Source: an uncultured Ruminococcus sp.
Lineage (GTDB): Bacteria; Bacillota; Clostridia; Oscillospirales; Acutalibacteraceae
DNA length: 64,000 bases
Assembly: GCA_902793125.1 (NCBI GenBank)
Contig: CADBCC010000008.1
Coordinates: 1,492 to 65,491 of the forward strand
Direction: 5' to 3'
Shown: positions 26,222 to 37,157 of the stretch, in pieces
Numbering within the stretch: position 1 is the first letter of the stretch
Layout of the letters: the number at the start of each line of letters is the position of its first letter
Notes under the pieces: generated by a model
Database searches by the model: none
Seen by the model: the letters and a program-made list of their open reading frames with translations, nothing else
Told to the model about the DNA's origin: nothing
Made by a program: the position numbers and the translations under genes

Positions 26222-26744
26222 AAAGCGAGTACTGCCTCATAGGTTTGTATCCTTTATTTTTCTTTTTCTTTTTTCTGCCCATAGGTTTTTCAGCCTTGGG
26301 GGGTTCTTCCGTTTTTACTTCGGTTTTTTCTTCGGGCTTTACTTCTTCTTTTACGTCTTCGGCGGCGTCGAGAGTTTTCAGCTCGTCGGCGGATTCTTTT
26401 TTCACTTCTTCTTTTTGATTTTTAAGCTCCGCGATTTCTTTATCTTTCTTCTCAATCAGTTCTTTAAGCTCGCGAATCTGTTTGGACTGCTTGTCCGCCT
26501 GGGCGATAAACGGCTGAGCGCTGTTGGAAAGGCTTTTATTTCGAGTCTTTTCCTTTTCTAAATCGTCGGCGTAATCAAGAGCGCAAAGAAGCGCCGCGGA
26601 ACGTCTGTCGAGCGTCGGGTTTTCCTCGCCGATTTTTAAAATCGTATTGCTGACGTCCTCAGCTAACTTTTTTACATATTCTTCTTTGTCATCGCTGAGA
26701 AGAATAAATCTTTTTCCGGCGACAAATACAGTATGCTTGTTCAT
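26202..26744 (-). CDS. zapA: cell division protein ZapA with Lys/Glu-rich C-terminal extension
   Basis: The N-terminal ~90 aa are ZapA-like (VFVAGKRFILLSDD...AALLCALDYADDL). The 3' end overlaps the U32 gene start by 20 nt. Confidence 0.8.
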   Translation of the reverse strand: MNKHTVFVAGKRFILLSDDKEEYVKKLAEDVSNTILKIGEENPTLDRRSAALLCALDYADDLEKEKTRNKSLSNSAQPFIAQADKQSKQIRELKELIEKKDKEIAELKNQKEEVKKESADELKTLDAAEDVKEEVKPEEKTEVKTEEPPKAEKPMGRKKKKKNKGYKPMRQYSLFEDEKN

Positions 26745-26934
26745 AATCTACCTCCAAGATAAGTCTCCTTTTTATCCATAGTAATTATAGTATAAATCTT
26801 AAAAAGAAAAAAGATATGTAAATACAATGTAAATATAAAAAACGGATTTGTAACCCGGGAGCCAAAGACGCCTTCGGAAAAGTTTTTCAATAGAAACTTT
26901 CATCAACGTCTGTTCGTTTAATTCGAGCCTGTAC

Positions 26935-26966
26935 GCAAAAAACGCCGGTGCAAAAACACCGGCGTT
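26935..26966 (-). terminator. terminator after guaB
   Basis: AACGCCGGTG / CACCGGCGTT stem followed by a T-run on the minus strand. Confidence 0.8.
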
Positions 26967-26975
26967 AAATATTTT

Positions 26976-28590
<1,615 letters not shown>

Positions 28591-28619
28591 TATATAGTAA
28601 TTTCTTTCGGAGGTTAAAT

Positions 28620-29351
28620 ATGAAAAAATTTTTAATAACAGCAACCGCTTTGCTTCTTGTTTTTTCCTTAGCTTTACTTTGCGGCTGCGATAATAAAAAA
28701 TCAGGCGGTAAATCCCAGACTAAAGCAACCCAGACTCAGTCTGAGCCGGATACGACAGGTTCCTCTCAGCTTAAAACTTACTTAGACAGCTATGTAACGG
28801 GAGATAATCCTCTTTACGGAACGTGGAAAGTAAAGGGAATTAAATCTTTCTGTTATATTTTCCGCAACGATAATTTAGGCGAGATAGCGATGGGAACCGA
28901 AGCGGATTTCGCTAAACTCAGTATCGATACAAAAAAGCAGACTTTAAGCGTTGCGTTCGTTCTCGGATTAAACGGAACATATAATTATACTTTGTCAAAG
29001 GACAATAAAACTTTAACTCTTAAAAATGATAAAGATTCCTACACCCTTTTAAAACAGGATAATTACAGCCTTATTCCAAAGGCAAAACCGAACCCGAAAA
29101 TAGATAAAGATATTCTCGGATGGTGGCAGAGTGACGGCAATATCTATTATTTCGGCGACGACGGTATTATGTACTCAAACACAATTACTATGGAAACCTG
29201 CTACACCTACAACGCCGAAAACGGTAAAATCAACGCGGTTTATGATTACGCGGGAGACGTTAAAATCAGCTTAAAGTATTCTTACAAAAACGACAAGCTT
29301 AATATTGATTCAATTGAATTTACAAAATTTACTCCCGACTGTTTAAAATAA
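28620..29351 (+). CDS. lipoprotein, unknown function
   Basis: Signal peptide with lipobox (ALLCGC). GGAGG RBS. Confidence 0.75.
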   Translation: MKKFLITATALLLVFSLALLCGCDNKKSGGKSQTKATQTQSEPDTTGSSQLKTYLDSYVTGDNPLYGTWKVKGIKSFCYIFRNDNLGEIAMGTEADFAKLSIDTKKQTLSVAFVLGLNGTYNYTLSKDNKTLTLKNDKDSYTLLKQDNYSLIPKAKPNPKIDKDILGWWQSDGNIYYFGDDGIMYSNTITMETCYTYNAENGKINAVYDYAGDVKISLKYSYKNDKLNIDSIEFTKFTPDCLK

Positions 29352-29396
29352 AAAAATTACAGGGAAGATAGCCAACCGGTTATCTTCCCTGTTTTC
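29351..29396. terminator. bidirectional terminator
   Basis: ACAGGGAAGATA / TATCTTCCCTGT stem flanked by an A-run and a T-run. Confidence 0.8.
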
Positions 29397-29405
29397 ATAT
29401 TTCGC

Positions 29406-30113
29406 TTACGAATCTTTGCTTTTAATTAAAAACTTATGCACAAGTCCTGCTACAACCGCGCCTACAAGCGGAGCGATTATAAACACATAAAGCTGGCGAA
29501 TTGCGATTCCGCCCTGAAGTATCGCGGGGCCGAAGCTTCTTGCGGGGTTAACGGATGTTCCTGTAAACGGAATACCGATAAGATGTACAAATACCAGGCA
29601 GAGAGCTATTACTATTCCCGCTACGGCGCCGTTTTCAACCTTTGAGGTTACGCCGAGCACCGTAAGTACAAAAATAAATGTAAGTACAACCTCTACAATA
29701 CCCGCGGCAACCGCGCTTAATCCGAGAGCGCTGATTCCGCCGCCGTAACCGTTAGCGCCGAGACTTTCGTTGCTTCCGAAAATCAGCCAAAGACCTGCCG
29801 CGCCCGCGGTTGCTCCCAACAGCTGCGCGATAACATAACCCACAAAATCTTTAGCGCTGATTTTTCCGTTAATAAGCATACCGAGCGATACGGCGGGGTT
29901 GATGTGGCAGCCCGAAACATTTCCGATTGAGTACGCCATAGCGACAATCGAAAGACCGAACGCGAAAGCTATAGCAATAATCGTACCGGTTGAGGGCAAA
30001 GATACTCCGTGTGTCTTTGAAACCGTATTGACCGCTACAGCTGTTCCGCATCCGCCGACCACAAGTACCGCGGTACCTATAAACTCAGCGATATACTTTT
30101 TAATACTTTCCAT
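29406..30113 (-). CDS. MIP-family channel (aquaporin/glycerol facilitator-like)
   Basis: Two NPA boxes (HINPAVS, SVNPARS). Start set at MESIKKY after AAAGGAGGT. Confidence 0.92.
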   Translation of the reverse strand: MESIKKYIAEFIGTAVLVVGGCGTAVAVNTVSKTHGVSLPSTGTIIAIAFAFGLSIVAMAYSIGNVSGCHINPAVSLGMLINGKISAKDFVGYVIAQLLGATAGAAGLWLIFGSNESLGANGYGGGISALGLSAVAAGIVEVVLTFIFVLTVLGVTSKVENGAVAGIVIALCLVFVHLIGIPFTGTSVNPARSFGPAILQGGIAIRQLYVFIIAPLVGAVVAGLVHKFLIKSKDS

Positions 30114-30136
30114 ATATTTACCTCCTTTTATTTTAT

Positions 30137-30225
30137 ATGTCCACGTCAAGCGTGGTAGTTACTGTTTTATAATATGCTCTTTTTTTCAGGTTTAGTATCC
30201 TGTAAAGAATCGGATTTTGAGGAAA
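30137..30225. repeat. diverged single copy of the ~100-bp repeat family
   Basis: Starts with the identical TGTCCACGTCAAGCGTG. Then ...TTTAGTATCCTGTAAAGAATCGGATTTTGAGGAAA aligns with TTTAGTGTCCTGTGAAATTTTGGATAGAGAGGACA. Confidence 0.6.
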
Positions 30226-31512
30226 TTAATTCTTAACTTTTATCTCCTCTTGTCCTCCCATATACGGTCTTAATACTTCGGGAATGCTCACCGAGCCATC
30301 TTCCTTTAAGTTGTTCTCAAGGAAAGCGATTAACATTCTCGGCGGAGCAACAACCGTATTATTAAGAGTGTGAGCAAAATATTTTCCTTCTTTTCCTCTT
30401 ACTCTGATTTTAAGGCGGCGGGCCTGAGCGTCGCCTAAGTTCGAGCAGGAACCGACTTCAAAATATTTTTTCTGTCTCGGCGACCACGCTTCTACGTCAA
30501 TAGAACGTACTTTTAAATCTGCCAAATCTCCCGAACAGCATTCAAGCGTTCTTACGGGAATATCGAGAGAACGGAATAAATCAACCGTATTCTGCCAGAG
30601 TTTATCGAACCATACTCTGCTTTCTTCGGGTTTACAAACAACAATCATTTCCTGTTTTTCAAACTGATGTATTCTGTAAACTCCGCGCTCCTCGATTCCG
30701 TGAGCGCCTTTTTCTTTTCTGAAGCAGGGCGAGTAGCTTGTTAAAGTTTGCGGGAGGTCTTCTTCCTTTACCATGGTGTCGATAAATTTACCGATCATAC
30801 TATGCTCGGAAGTTCCGATAAGATAAAGGTCTTCTCCCTCAATTTTATACATCATCGCGTCCATTTCGGCGAAACTCATAACTCCTGTTACGACATTTGA
30901 ACGAATCATAAACGGCGGTACGCAGTAGGTAAAACCGCGGTTAATCATAAAGTCGCGCGCGTACGCGATTACCGCGCTGTGGAGTCTTGCGATATCTCCC
31001 ATAAGATAGTAAAATCCGTTACCCGCAACCTTACGCGCGGAGTCAAGGTCAATTCCGTTGAATTTTTCCATAATCTCGGTATGATAAGGCACCTCGAAAT
31101 CGGGCACAACGGGCTCTCCGAATTTTTCAACCTCAACGTTTTGTGTATCATCTTTACCGATAGGCACACAGTCGTCGATTATGTTCGGTATCTTCATCAT
31201 TATCTCCGTAACCTTGGCGGAATATTCCGCTTCCTGCTTTTCAAGGTTTTCGAGCTGTTCGCCCTGAGCCTGAACGTCTGCTTTTAAGGCTTCGGCTTCT
31301 TCTTTTTTACCCTGGCCGTAGAGCGCGCCAATCTGCTTTGAAAGCTTATTGCGGTTTGCTCTTAAAGCGTCCGCGTCACCCTTAGCTTTACGGCTTTTTT
31401 TATCAAGTTCAATTACTTCGTCAACAAGCGGAAGCTTATTGTCCTGAAATTTTTTCTTTATGTTTTCCTTTACCGCGTCGGGATTTTCTCTTAAAAATTT
31501 AATGTCAATCAT
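30226..31512 (-). CDS. serS: seryl-tRNA synthetase
   Basis: N-terminal coiled-coil arm and class II motifs (FRKEKGAHG..., GSCSN...ARR). Confidence 0.96.
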   Translation of the reverse strand: MIDIKFLRENPDAVKENIKKKFQDNKLPLVDEVIELDKKSRKAKGDADALRANRNKLSKQIGALYGQGKKEEAEALKADVQAQGEQLENLEKQEAEYSAKVTEIMMKIPNIIDDCVPIGKDDTQNVEVEKFGEPVVPDFEVPYHTEIMEKFNGIDLDSARKVAGNGFYYLMGDIARLHSAVIAYARDFMINRGFTYCVPPFMIRSNVVTGVMSFAEMDAMMYKIEGEDLYLIGTSEHSMIGKFIDTMVKEEDLPQTLTSYSPCFRKEKGAHGIEERGVYRIHQFEKQEMIVVCKPEESRVWFDKLWQNTVDLFRSLDIPVRTLECCSGDLADLKVRSIDVEAWSPRQKKYFEVGSCSNLGDAQARRLKIRVRGKEGKYFAHTLNNTVVAPPRMLIAFLENNLKEDGSVSIPEVLRPYMGGQEEIKVKN

Positions 31513-31598
31513 TTTCTGCTCCTTAGTTTTTATCGCGTTAAGCGCGTACCTTTTTTAACCGATACTCATTATTTATCTATCGTTTTGAAACATATGTT

Positions 31599-32453
31599 TT
31601 ATTTATCTTCTAACTTGGAAGCTAAATCTTTAAGCTCTTCATCGCTGTAGAACTCAATTGAAAGCGTTCCGCCCTTTTTATTCGCAAGCGGTTTTACGTT
31701 AACCTTTTTACCGAGATATTCGGATAAGGTTTGCTCAACCATTTTATAGTAGCTCGGCTGTTTAGGTGGTTTTTTGCTGTTTGTTTTCTTTGCGGATTTC
31801 TTCGCTAACTTTTCAGCCTCGCGTACCGATAAATCCGACTTGATTATTTCTTCCGCGAGCGCTTCCATATCTTTTTTATTTTCCATTCCCAAAAGAGCTC
31901 TCGCGTGGCCGGAAGAAAGCTTTCCGTTCTTCACCATTTCGCCGACGCTTTCCGGAAGATTTAAAAGCCTTAATGTATTTGCTACCGCCGGGCGGGATTT
32001 TCCGACCGCTTCGGCTACATCTTCCTGAGTTAATCCGTGCTCATCCATCAGCGCCTTGTATCCCTTCGCTTCTTCTATCGGATTCAGGTCTTCGCGCTGT
32101 AAGTTTTCTATAAGCGCGATTTCCATTGTTTCCTGATCGGTTAGTTCACGGATAGTTACGGGCACTTCCGTAATTCCCGCAAGCTGACAGGCGCGGTATC
32201 TTCTTTCTCCCGCTACAATCTGATAACCTCCGCCGAAAAGCGGTTTAACGAGTATCGGCTGGATAAGCCCGTGGGTTTTTATGCTTTCGGCAAGCTGATT
32301 TAAACTGTCCTCGTCAAATTCACGTCTCGGCTGGTTATGGTTCGGTTCAATTTCCGATATTTTTAATGTTACTGTATTTCCTCCGTCCTCGGTTTCGTTC
32401 TGGATGAAAATCGCGTCCAGCCCTTTACCGAGTCCGCCTTTTCTTTTTGCCAT
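31599..32453 (-). CDS. spo0J: chromosome partitioning protein ParB/Spo0J
   Basis: LIQPILV, GERRYRA and HTH motifs. Located downstream of soj. Confidence 0.94.
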   Translation of the reverse strand: MAKRKGGLGKGLDAIFIQNETEDGGNTVTLKISEIEPNHNQPRREFDEDSLNQLAESIKTHGLIQPILVKPLFGGGYQIVAGERRYRACQLAGITEVPVTIRELTDQETMEIALIENLQREDLNPIEEAKGYKALMDEHGLTQEDVAEAVGKSRPAVANTLRLLNLPESVGEMVKNGKLSSGHARALLGMENKKDMEALAEEIIKSDLSVREAEKLAKKSAKKTNSKKPPKQPSYYKMVEQTLSEYLGKKVNVKPLANKKGGTLSIEFYSDEELKDLASKLEDK

Positions 32454-32456
32454 ATT

Positions 32457-33218
32457 TTACCCCTTCCCCGCTATTTCTTCGGCAAGCTGAGTATACGCTA
32501 TACTTCCCTTGCAGGATTTATCGTAATAGATTACGGGCATTCCGAATGACGGCGCCTCAGAAAGTCTTACTCCGCGCGGAATAACGGTTTTAAATACTTT
32601 ACGCGGGAAGAATTTTTTAACTTCTTCTACAACCTGCTGGGTTAAATTTAATCTTCCGTCGTACATTGTAAGAAGTACGCCTTCGAGTTCAAGTCCCGAA
32701 TTGTACTGGCGTTTTACACGCCTTACCGTACTCATAAGCTGTGAGAGTCCTTCGAGCGCGTAATATTCGCATTGAATAGGAACTAAAATTGTATCCGCAA
32801 GAGTCATAGCGTTCGCGGTTATAAGTCCCAAAGACGGCGGACAGTCAATTATTATATAGTCGTAGTTGTACTTTATCGGCAGTACGGCGTTCTTTAAAAG
32901 CGCCTCTCTGTGCGGTTTTTCTACGATTTCAAGCTCCGCCGCGGCTAAATCGAGCGAACTCGGGAGAATGTGCAGGTTTTTAAACTGGGTTGAATATAAA
33001 CAATCCTCCGCTTTCATTCCGTCAACAAGGATATTGTAGGTTGATTTTGTAAGCTTGCGCTTATCAACCGCTACACCGCTCGTTGCGTTTCCCTGGGGGT
33101 CAACGTCAATAAGAAGAACCCTTTTTCCTAAATCTCCGAGGCAAGCCGCAAGGTTTACGGAAGTGGTAGTTTTTCCTACTCCGCCCTTTTGGTTTGCTAC
33201 AGCAATTACCTTTGCCAA
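32457..33218 (-). CDS. soj: chromosome partitioning ATPase ParA/Soj
   Basis: Deviant Walker A NQKGGVGKTT. Confidence 0.95.
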   Translation of the reverse strand: MAKVIAVANQKGGVGKTTTSVNLAACLGDLGKRVLLIDVDPQGNATSGVAVDKRKLTKSTYNILVDGMKAEDCLYSTQFKNLHILPSSLDLAAAELEIVEKPHREALLKNAVLPIKYNYDYIIIDCPPSLGLITANAMTLADTILVPIQCEYYALEGLSQLMSTVRRVKRQYNSGLELEGVLLTMYDGRLNLTQQVVEEVKKFFPRKVFKTVIPRGVRLSEAPSFGMPVIYYDKSCKGSIAYTQLAEEIAGKG

Positions 33219-33300
33219 ATTATCAAATCCCTTTTTTTAATATCTAAAAAGATTTTACCATAATCTTAAAAAAAATAAAAGAGTTTTATTATAATTTTTT

Positions 33301-33316
33301 TGTTTCACGTGAAACA
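33301..33316. promoter_or_regulatory. parS site (perfect palindrome)
   Basis: TGTTTCACGTGAAACA matches the TGTTNCACGTGAAACA consensus. Confidence 0.9.
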
Positions 33317-33420
33317 TAATTTAGGGCAAAGAGAAATATCTATGTTTTCTATATTTCGGAATTTATTTTTATTAGTTAAATTTACGAAGATAAATTTAAT
33401 AACTGTATAGATGAGCTTTT

Positions 33421-33500
33421 CTCAAGGCTCCAAAGCTTGATAGTAACTTAACGGTACGGGGGACATCACTTCTCAAACAGGGAATGCACGGATTGACGAG
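33421..33500. repeat. partial copy of the repeat family in inverted orientation
   Basis: The reverse complement ATTCCCTGTTTGAGAAGTGATGTCCCCCGTACCGTTA aligns with GGTTCCTGTATGAAATGTCATATCCCCCGTACCTTAG at 58200-58236. Confidence 0.45.
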
Positions 33501-33504
33501 GATA

Positions 33505-33545
33505 ATTAAAAAGCCGAAAGCCGCGCAGTAAAGCGCGGCTTTGGC
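33505..33545 (-). terminator. terminator after the noc-like gene
   Basis: GCCGAAAGCCGCGC / GCGCGGCTTTGGC stem followed by TTTTT on the minus strand. Confidence 0.7.
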
Positions 33546-33609
33546 AAGGGGTTAGATAAGGAAATGGGTATGAGTGGATTGGACGCATAGCGTCCGTCCG
33601 GAAAGCAAT

Positions 33610-34482
33610 TTAAGCAGGTTTATCAACCCGGTTTTTTGGGATTTTAACAGTATATTCAATATAATCCCCGCTGTCTTTGTGTTTGCAGACGGCTTTTATT
33701 CCCGCCTGCTGCATTGTCATAACAGCTTTATTTATCGTATTAACAAAAATTCTTATATCTCTGATTATTATTTTGCGAGTTATTTTTTTATCTTTTTCCG
33801 AAATGTTCGAATTGTAAAGCAGATTTTCAACCAGTTCTTCGGTCTGGGCAACATTGAGATTATCGGCAATTATTTTCGAGAGCGCTTCTTTTCTAAGCTC
33901 CTGGTCATAAATTCTGAGCAGAGCTCTTGCGTGGCGTTCCGAAAGACCTGCCTGAACTATCCAGTCCTGCTCATCATAAGAAAGATTTAAAAGCCTGAGT
34001 TTATTGGCTATGGCGCTCTGGCTTTTTCCTAACTTCTCCGCCGCCTGCTCCTGGGTTATTCCGTAGCGTCTTATAAGACGGGAAATCCCTCTTGCCTCTT
34101 CAAAAATTCCAAGGTTGCATCGCTGCAGGTTTTCTATAAGAGCAAGCATCGCGGATTCCCTGTCGTTGCATTTTAGCACAATACAGGGCACTTTTATATA
34201 TCCGGCGATAACCGCGGCGCGCAGCCGTCTTTCTCCCGCAATTATTTCGTACTCCGACTGGCTGACCTTCCTGACAGTCAACGGTTGCAGGATTCCGTTT
34301 TCCTCTATCGACTTAGCTAAATCCCGAAGCTTTTCTTCTTCGAATATCTTTCGGGGCTGGGTTTTGTTTGGACGTATTTTTATTGTCGGGATATCAACTA
34401 TTCGATTTTCTGATTTATTAAGGTAATTCAATACTTCACCTCGCTTTGAGGTTTGTCCCTTTCGGTGAATATATAATATCAC
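33610..34482 (-). CDS. noc: ParB-family protein (nucleoid occlusion Noc-like)
   Basis: ILQPLTV and GERRLRAA motifs. Sits between rsmG and soj as in Bacillus. The start is uncertain (GTG at 34482, or TTG at 34431 after GAGGTG). Confidence 0.8.
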   Translation of the reverse strand: MILYIHRKGQTSKRGEVLNYLNKSENRIVDIPTIKIRPNKTQPRKIFEEEKLRDLAKSIEENGILQPLTVRKVSQSEYEIIAGERRLRAAVIAGYIKVPCIVLKCNDRESAMLALIENLQRCNLGIFEEARGISRLIRRYGITQEQAAEKLGKSQSAIANKLRLLNLSYDEQDWIVQAGLSERHARALLRIYDQELRKEALSKIIADNLNVAQTEELVENLLYNSNISEKDKKITRKIIIRDIRIFVNTINKAVMTMQQAGIKAVCKHKDSGDYIEYTVKIPKNRVDKPA

Positions 34483-34579
34483 AATAAAATTAAAAAGCGT
34501 GTCGAAGTTTGAACGATTATTTTAAAATATTATCCCGTTTAATGTAAAAAAACGCCGAACCGTTTGGTTCAGCGTAATT

Positions 34580-35284
34580 TTATAAAGGTTTATTCTTTAT
34601 TCTCTTTGAATTGCGGGGATATTTTTCAGGCGTCGGGCTAATCTTTTTAATTACAATAACCGCTCTCTCCCCTGCTCCGTTTAAATTAAAATCATTAACC
34701 GATGAGATTTCTCCGCCTAAAACTTTTATCGCGTTTTCGGCTTCTTTGATTTCGTCTTTATAATCAGCCGCTTTCATCGCGATAAAACTTCCGCCGGGTT
34801 TTACAAACGGCAGACAGTATTCGCAAAGAGTGTTCAACCTCGCGACCGCCCGGGAAACCGCCACATCGTAGCTTTCCCTTTGAGATTTATCTTTTCCCGC
34901 GTCTTCGGCTCTCGAATGAAGCGTGTTTACCTGCGCGTTAATTTTTTCTGCGGTTTCCTGTAAATAAACAAGCCGCTTGTTTAAGCTGTCGAGGAGCGTA
35001 AGATTTATATCGTCACGATATATTTTCAGGGGTAATCCCGGAAATCCCGCGCCTGTTCCGACATCAATAACTTTCGCATTCTCGGGAATATCGAAATATT
35101 TTATTACAGATAAGCTGTCCGCAAAATGTTTCAGCGCGACTTCTTCGGGCTCGACTATACGGGTAAGGTTAATTTTTTCGTTCCACTCGATTAGCGTATT
35201 ATAATATTTTTCAAATTTTTCAGCCTGGAGTTCGGATAATTCTATTCCGATTTCAGAGCAGGCTTTTATTACTAATTCTTTCAA
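34580..35284 (-). CDS. rsmG: 16S rRNA m7G527 methyltransferase
   Basis: SAM motif VIDVGTGAGFPGLP. Conserved position after mnmG. Confidence 0.94.
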   Translation of the reverse strand: MKELVIKACSEIGIELSELQAEKFEKYYNTLIEWNEKINLTRIVEPEEVALKHFADSLSVIKYFDIPENAKVIDVGTGAGFPGLPLKIYRDDINLTLLDSLNKRLVYLQETAEKINAQVNTLHSRAEDAGKDKSQRESYDVAVSRAVARLNTLCEYCLPFVKPGGSFIAMKAADYKDEIKEAENAIKVLGGEISSVNDFNLNGAGERAVIVIKKISPTPEKYPRNSKRIKNKPL

Positions 35285-35285
35285 A

Positions 35286-37151
35286 TTATCTCCTCTGTGA
35301 CAGCCAAATCAAAAGCACGTTTATATCAGCGGGAGATACTCCCGAGATTCTTGACGCCTGGCCTATGTTCAGCGGTTTTATTTTATTAAGTTTCTCCTGA
35401 GCTTCAAGCCTTAAACCCTTTATTTCATTATAATCAAAGTTTTCGGAAAGCTTTTTCTTTTCGAGTTTCTGCATTTGCTCAACCTGTTTAAGTTGTTTTT
35501 CAATATAGCCCGAATATTTAACTTCTATTTCAACCTGTTCGAAAATATTTGCGTCGAGTTTCGGTCTTGTGCTGTCAATCGGTTCTAAGTCTTTATAGCT
35601 TAATTGCGGACGTCTTAATAAATCAATCAACTTTGCTCCCGTGGAAAGCGGAGTTGTTTCACGTGAAACAAGTATCTCGTTTATTTTCTCTCCCGGCGGA
35701 ATAACGGTTTTGCTGATGCGTTTTATTTCCTGTTCTTTAAGCTTTTGCTTTTCATTAAATCGTTCCCAGCGGTCGTCTGAAATAAGTCCGATTTTTCTTC
35801 CGATCGGCGTAAGTCTTACGTCGGCGTTATCCTGCCTTAAAATAAGGCGGTACTCGCTTCGGGAAGTCATCATACGATAAGGTTCGTTCGCTCCTTTTGT
35901 TACAAGGTCATCTATAAGCGTTCCGATATATGAACTCGAGCGGTCAAGAATCATCGGCTCTTTTCCTTGTATTTTTAAAGCGGCGTTTACTCCCGCGACG
36001 AAACCCTGAGCTGCGGCTTCTTCATATCCTGAGCTTCCGTTGAACTGTCCCGCGCCGTAAAGTCCTTCGAATTTTTTAAATTCCAAAGTCGCGTTCATTT
36101 CGGTCGGATCAACGCAGTCGTACTCAATCGCGTAAGCGGGACGCATAATAACCGCGTTCTCAAGTCCTTTTATAGTATGGTAAAACTTCAGCTGAACTTC
36201 CTCGGGCAAAGAGGAGCTCATTCCCTGCAAATACATTTCTTCGGTATCAAGTCCGCAGGGCTCAATAAAAAGCTGATGTCGTTTCTTTTCGCTGAAGCGC
36301 ACAATTTTATCTTCAAGGCTCGGACAATAACGAGGCCCTACGCCCTCTATTTTTCCTCCGTAGAGCGGTGAGCGGTGGATATTTTCAAGAATTATATTCT
36401 TTGTATCTTCATTAGTCCAGCTTATATGGCATTTAACTTTATTTTCTCCCAAATTTTCGGTATCGTAGGAAAACGGAATCGGCGGTTCGTCTCCCAACTG
36501 TTCCTCAAGCTGCGAGAAATCAATACTGCTTCTAAGAACTCTTGCGGGAGTTCCTGTTTTAAAACGGCGTAATCCTATTCCTAATTTTTTAAGGCTGTCC
36601 CCTAAAAATGTCGCCGCGAAAATTCCGTCGGGGCCGCTTTCGTAACTTACCTCGCCGACAAAAATCCGTCCGCCCAAATATGTGCCCGTAGCTATAATTA
36701 CGGCTTTTACTTCATATTCGGCGAGCATCCGGGTAGTTAAAATATAACCGTCTTCGGATTTTTTAATATCGGTAACTTCCGCCTGATGCAGTTCAAGATT
36801 TTCCTGGAGCTCAAGCTTATGCTTCATAACATCGGAGTACTTTCTCCTGTCAATCTGAGCCCGAAGCGAATGAACGGCGGGGCCTTTGCCCTTATTAAGC
36901 ATACGGCTTTGTAAAAAACATTCGTCAGCTGTTTTTCCCATCTCACCGCCGAGCGCATCGATTTCTCGTACAAGATGTCCTTTAGCTGTTCCGCCGATTG
37001 ACGGATTACAGGGACAGTTTCCGACCGCGTCCATATTAATCGTAAATATAACAGTGCTGCATCCGAGACGCGCCGAAGCGAGCGCGGCCTCTATTCCCGC
37101 GTGCCCCGCTCCGATTACTGCAACATCAAATTTTCCCGCGTTGTATTTCAT
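35286..37151 (-). CDS. mnmG: tRNA uridine 5-carboxymethylaminomethyl modification enzyme MnmG
   Basis: FAD motif VIGAGHAGIEAA, ~620 aa, GidA family throughout. Confidence 0.97.
   Translation of the reverse strand: MKYNAGKFDVAVIGAGHAGIEAALASARLGCSTVIFTINMDAVGNCPCNPSIGGTAKGHLVREIDALGGEMGKTADECFLQSRMLNKGKGPAVHSLRAQIDRRKYSDVMKHKLELQENLELHQAEVTDIKKSEDGYILTTRMLAEYEVKAVIIATGTYLGGRIFVGEVSYESGPDGIFAATFLGDSLKKLGIGLRRFKTGTPARVLRSSIDFSQLEEQLGDEPPIPFSYDTENLGENKVKCHISWTNEDTKNIILENIHRSPLYGGKIEGVGPRYCPSLEDKIVRFSEKKRHQLFIEPCGLDTEEMYLQGMSSSLPEEVQLKFYHTIKGLENAVIMRPAYAIEYDCVDPTEMNATLEFKKFEGLYGAGQFNGSSGYEEAAAQGFVAGVNAALKIQGKEPMILDRSSSYIGTLIDDLVTKGANEPYRMMTSRSEYRLILRQDNADVRLTPIGRKIGLISDDRWERFNEKQKLKEQEIKRISKTVIPPGEKINEILVSRETTPLSTGAKLIDLLRRPQLSYKDLEPIDSTRPKLDANIFEQVEIEVKYSGYIEKQLKQVEQMQKLEKKKLSENFDYNEIKGLRLEAQEKLNKIKPLNIGQASRISGVSPADINVLLIWLSQRR
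35655..35670. promoter_or_regulatory. second perfect parS site, inside the mnmG coding sequence
   Basis: TGTTTCACGTGAAACA. Confidence 0.88.
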
Positions 37152-37157
37152 CTTTTC

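Noticed and set aside
31513-31598. T-box leader upstream of serS
   Set aside because: Only 86 bp separate the serS ATG from the spo0J stop, which is too short for a T-box. No specifier/antiterminator arrangement is visible.
33574-33990. 138-aa plus-strand ORF
   Set aside because: It is antisense to the ParB/Noc-like gene, has no RBS and is of low complexity.
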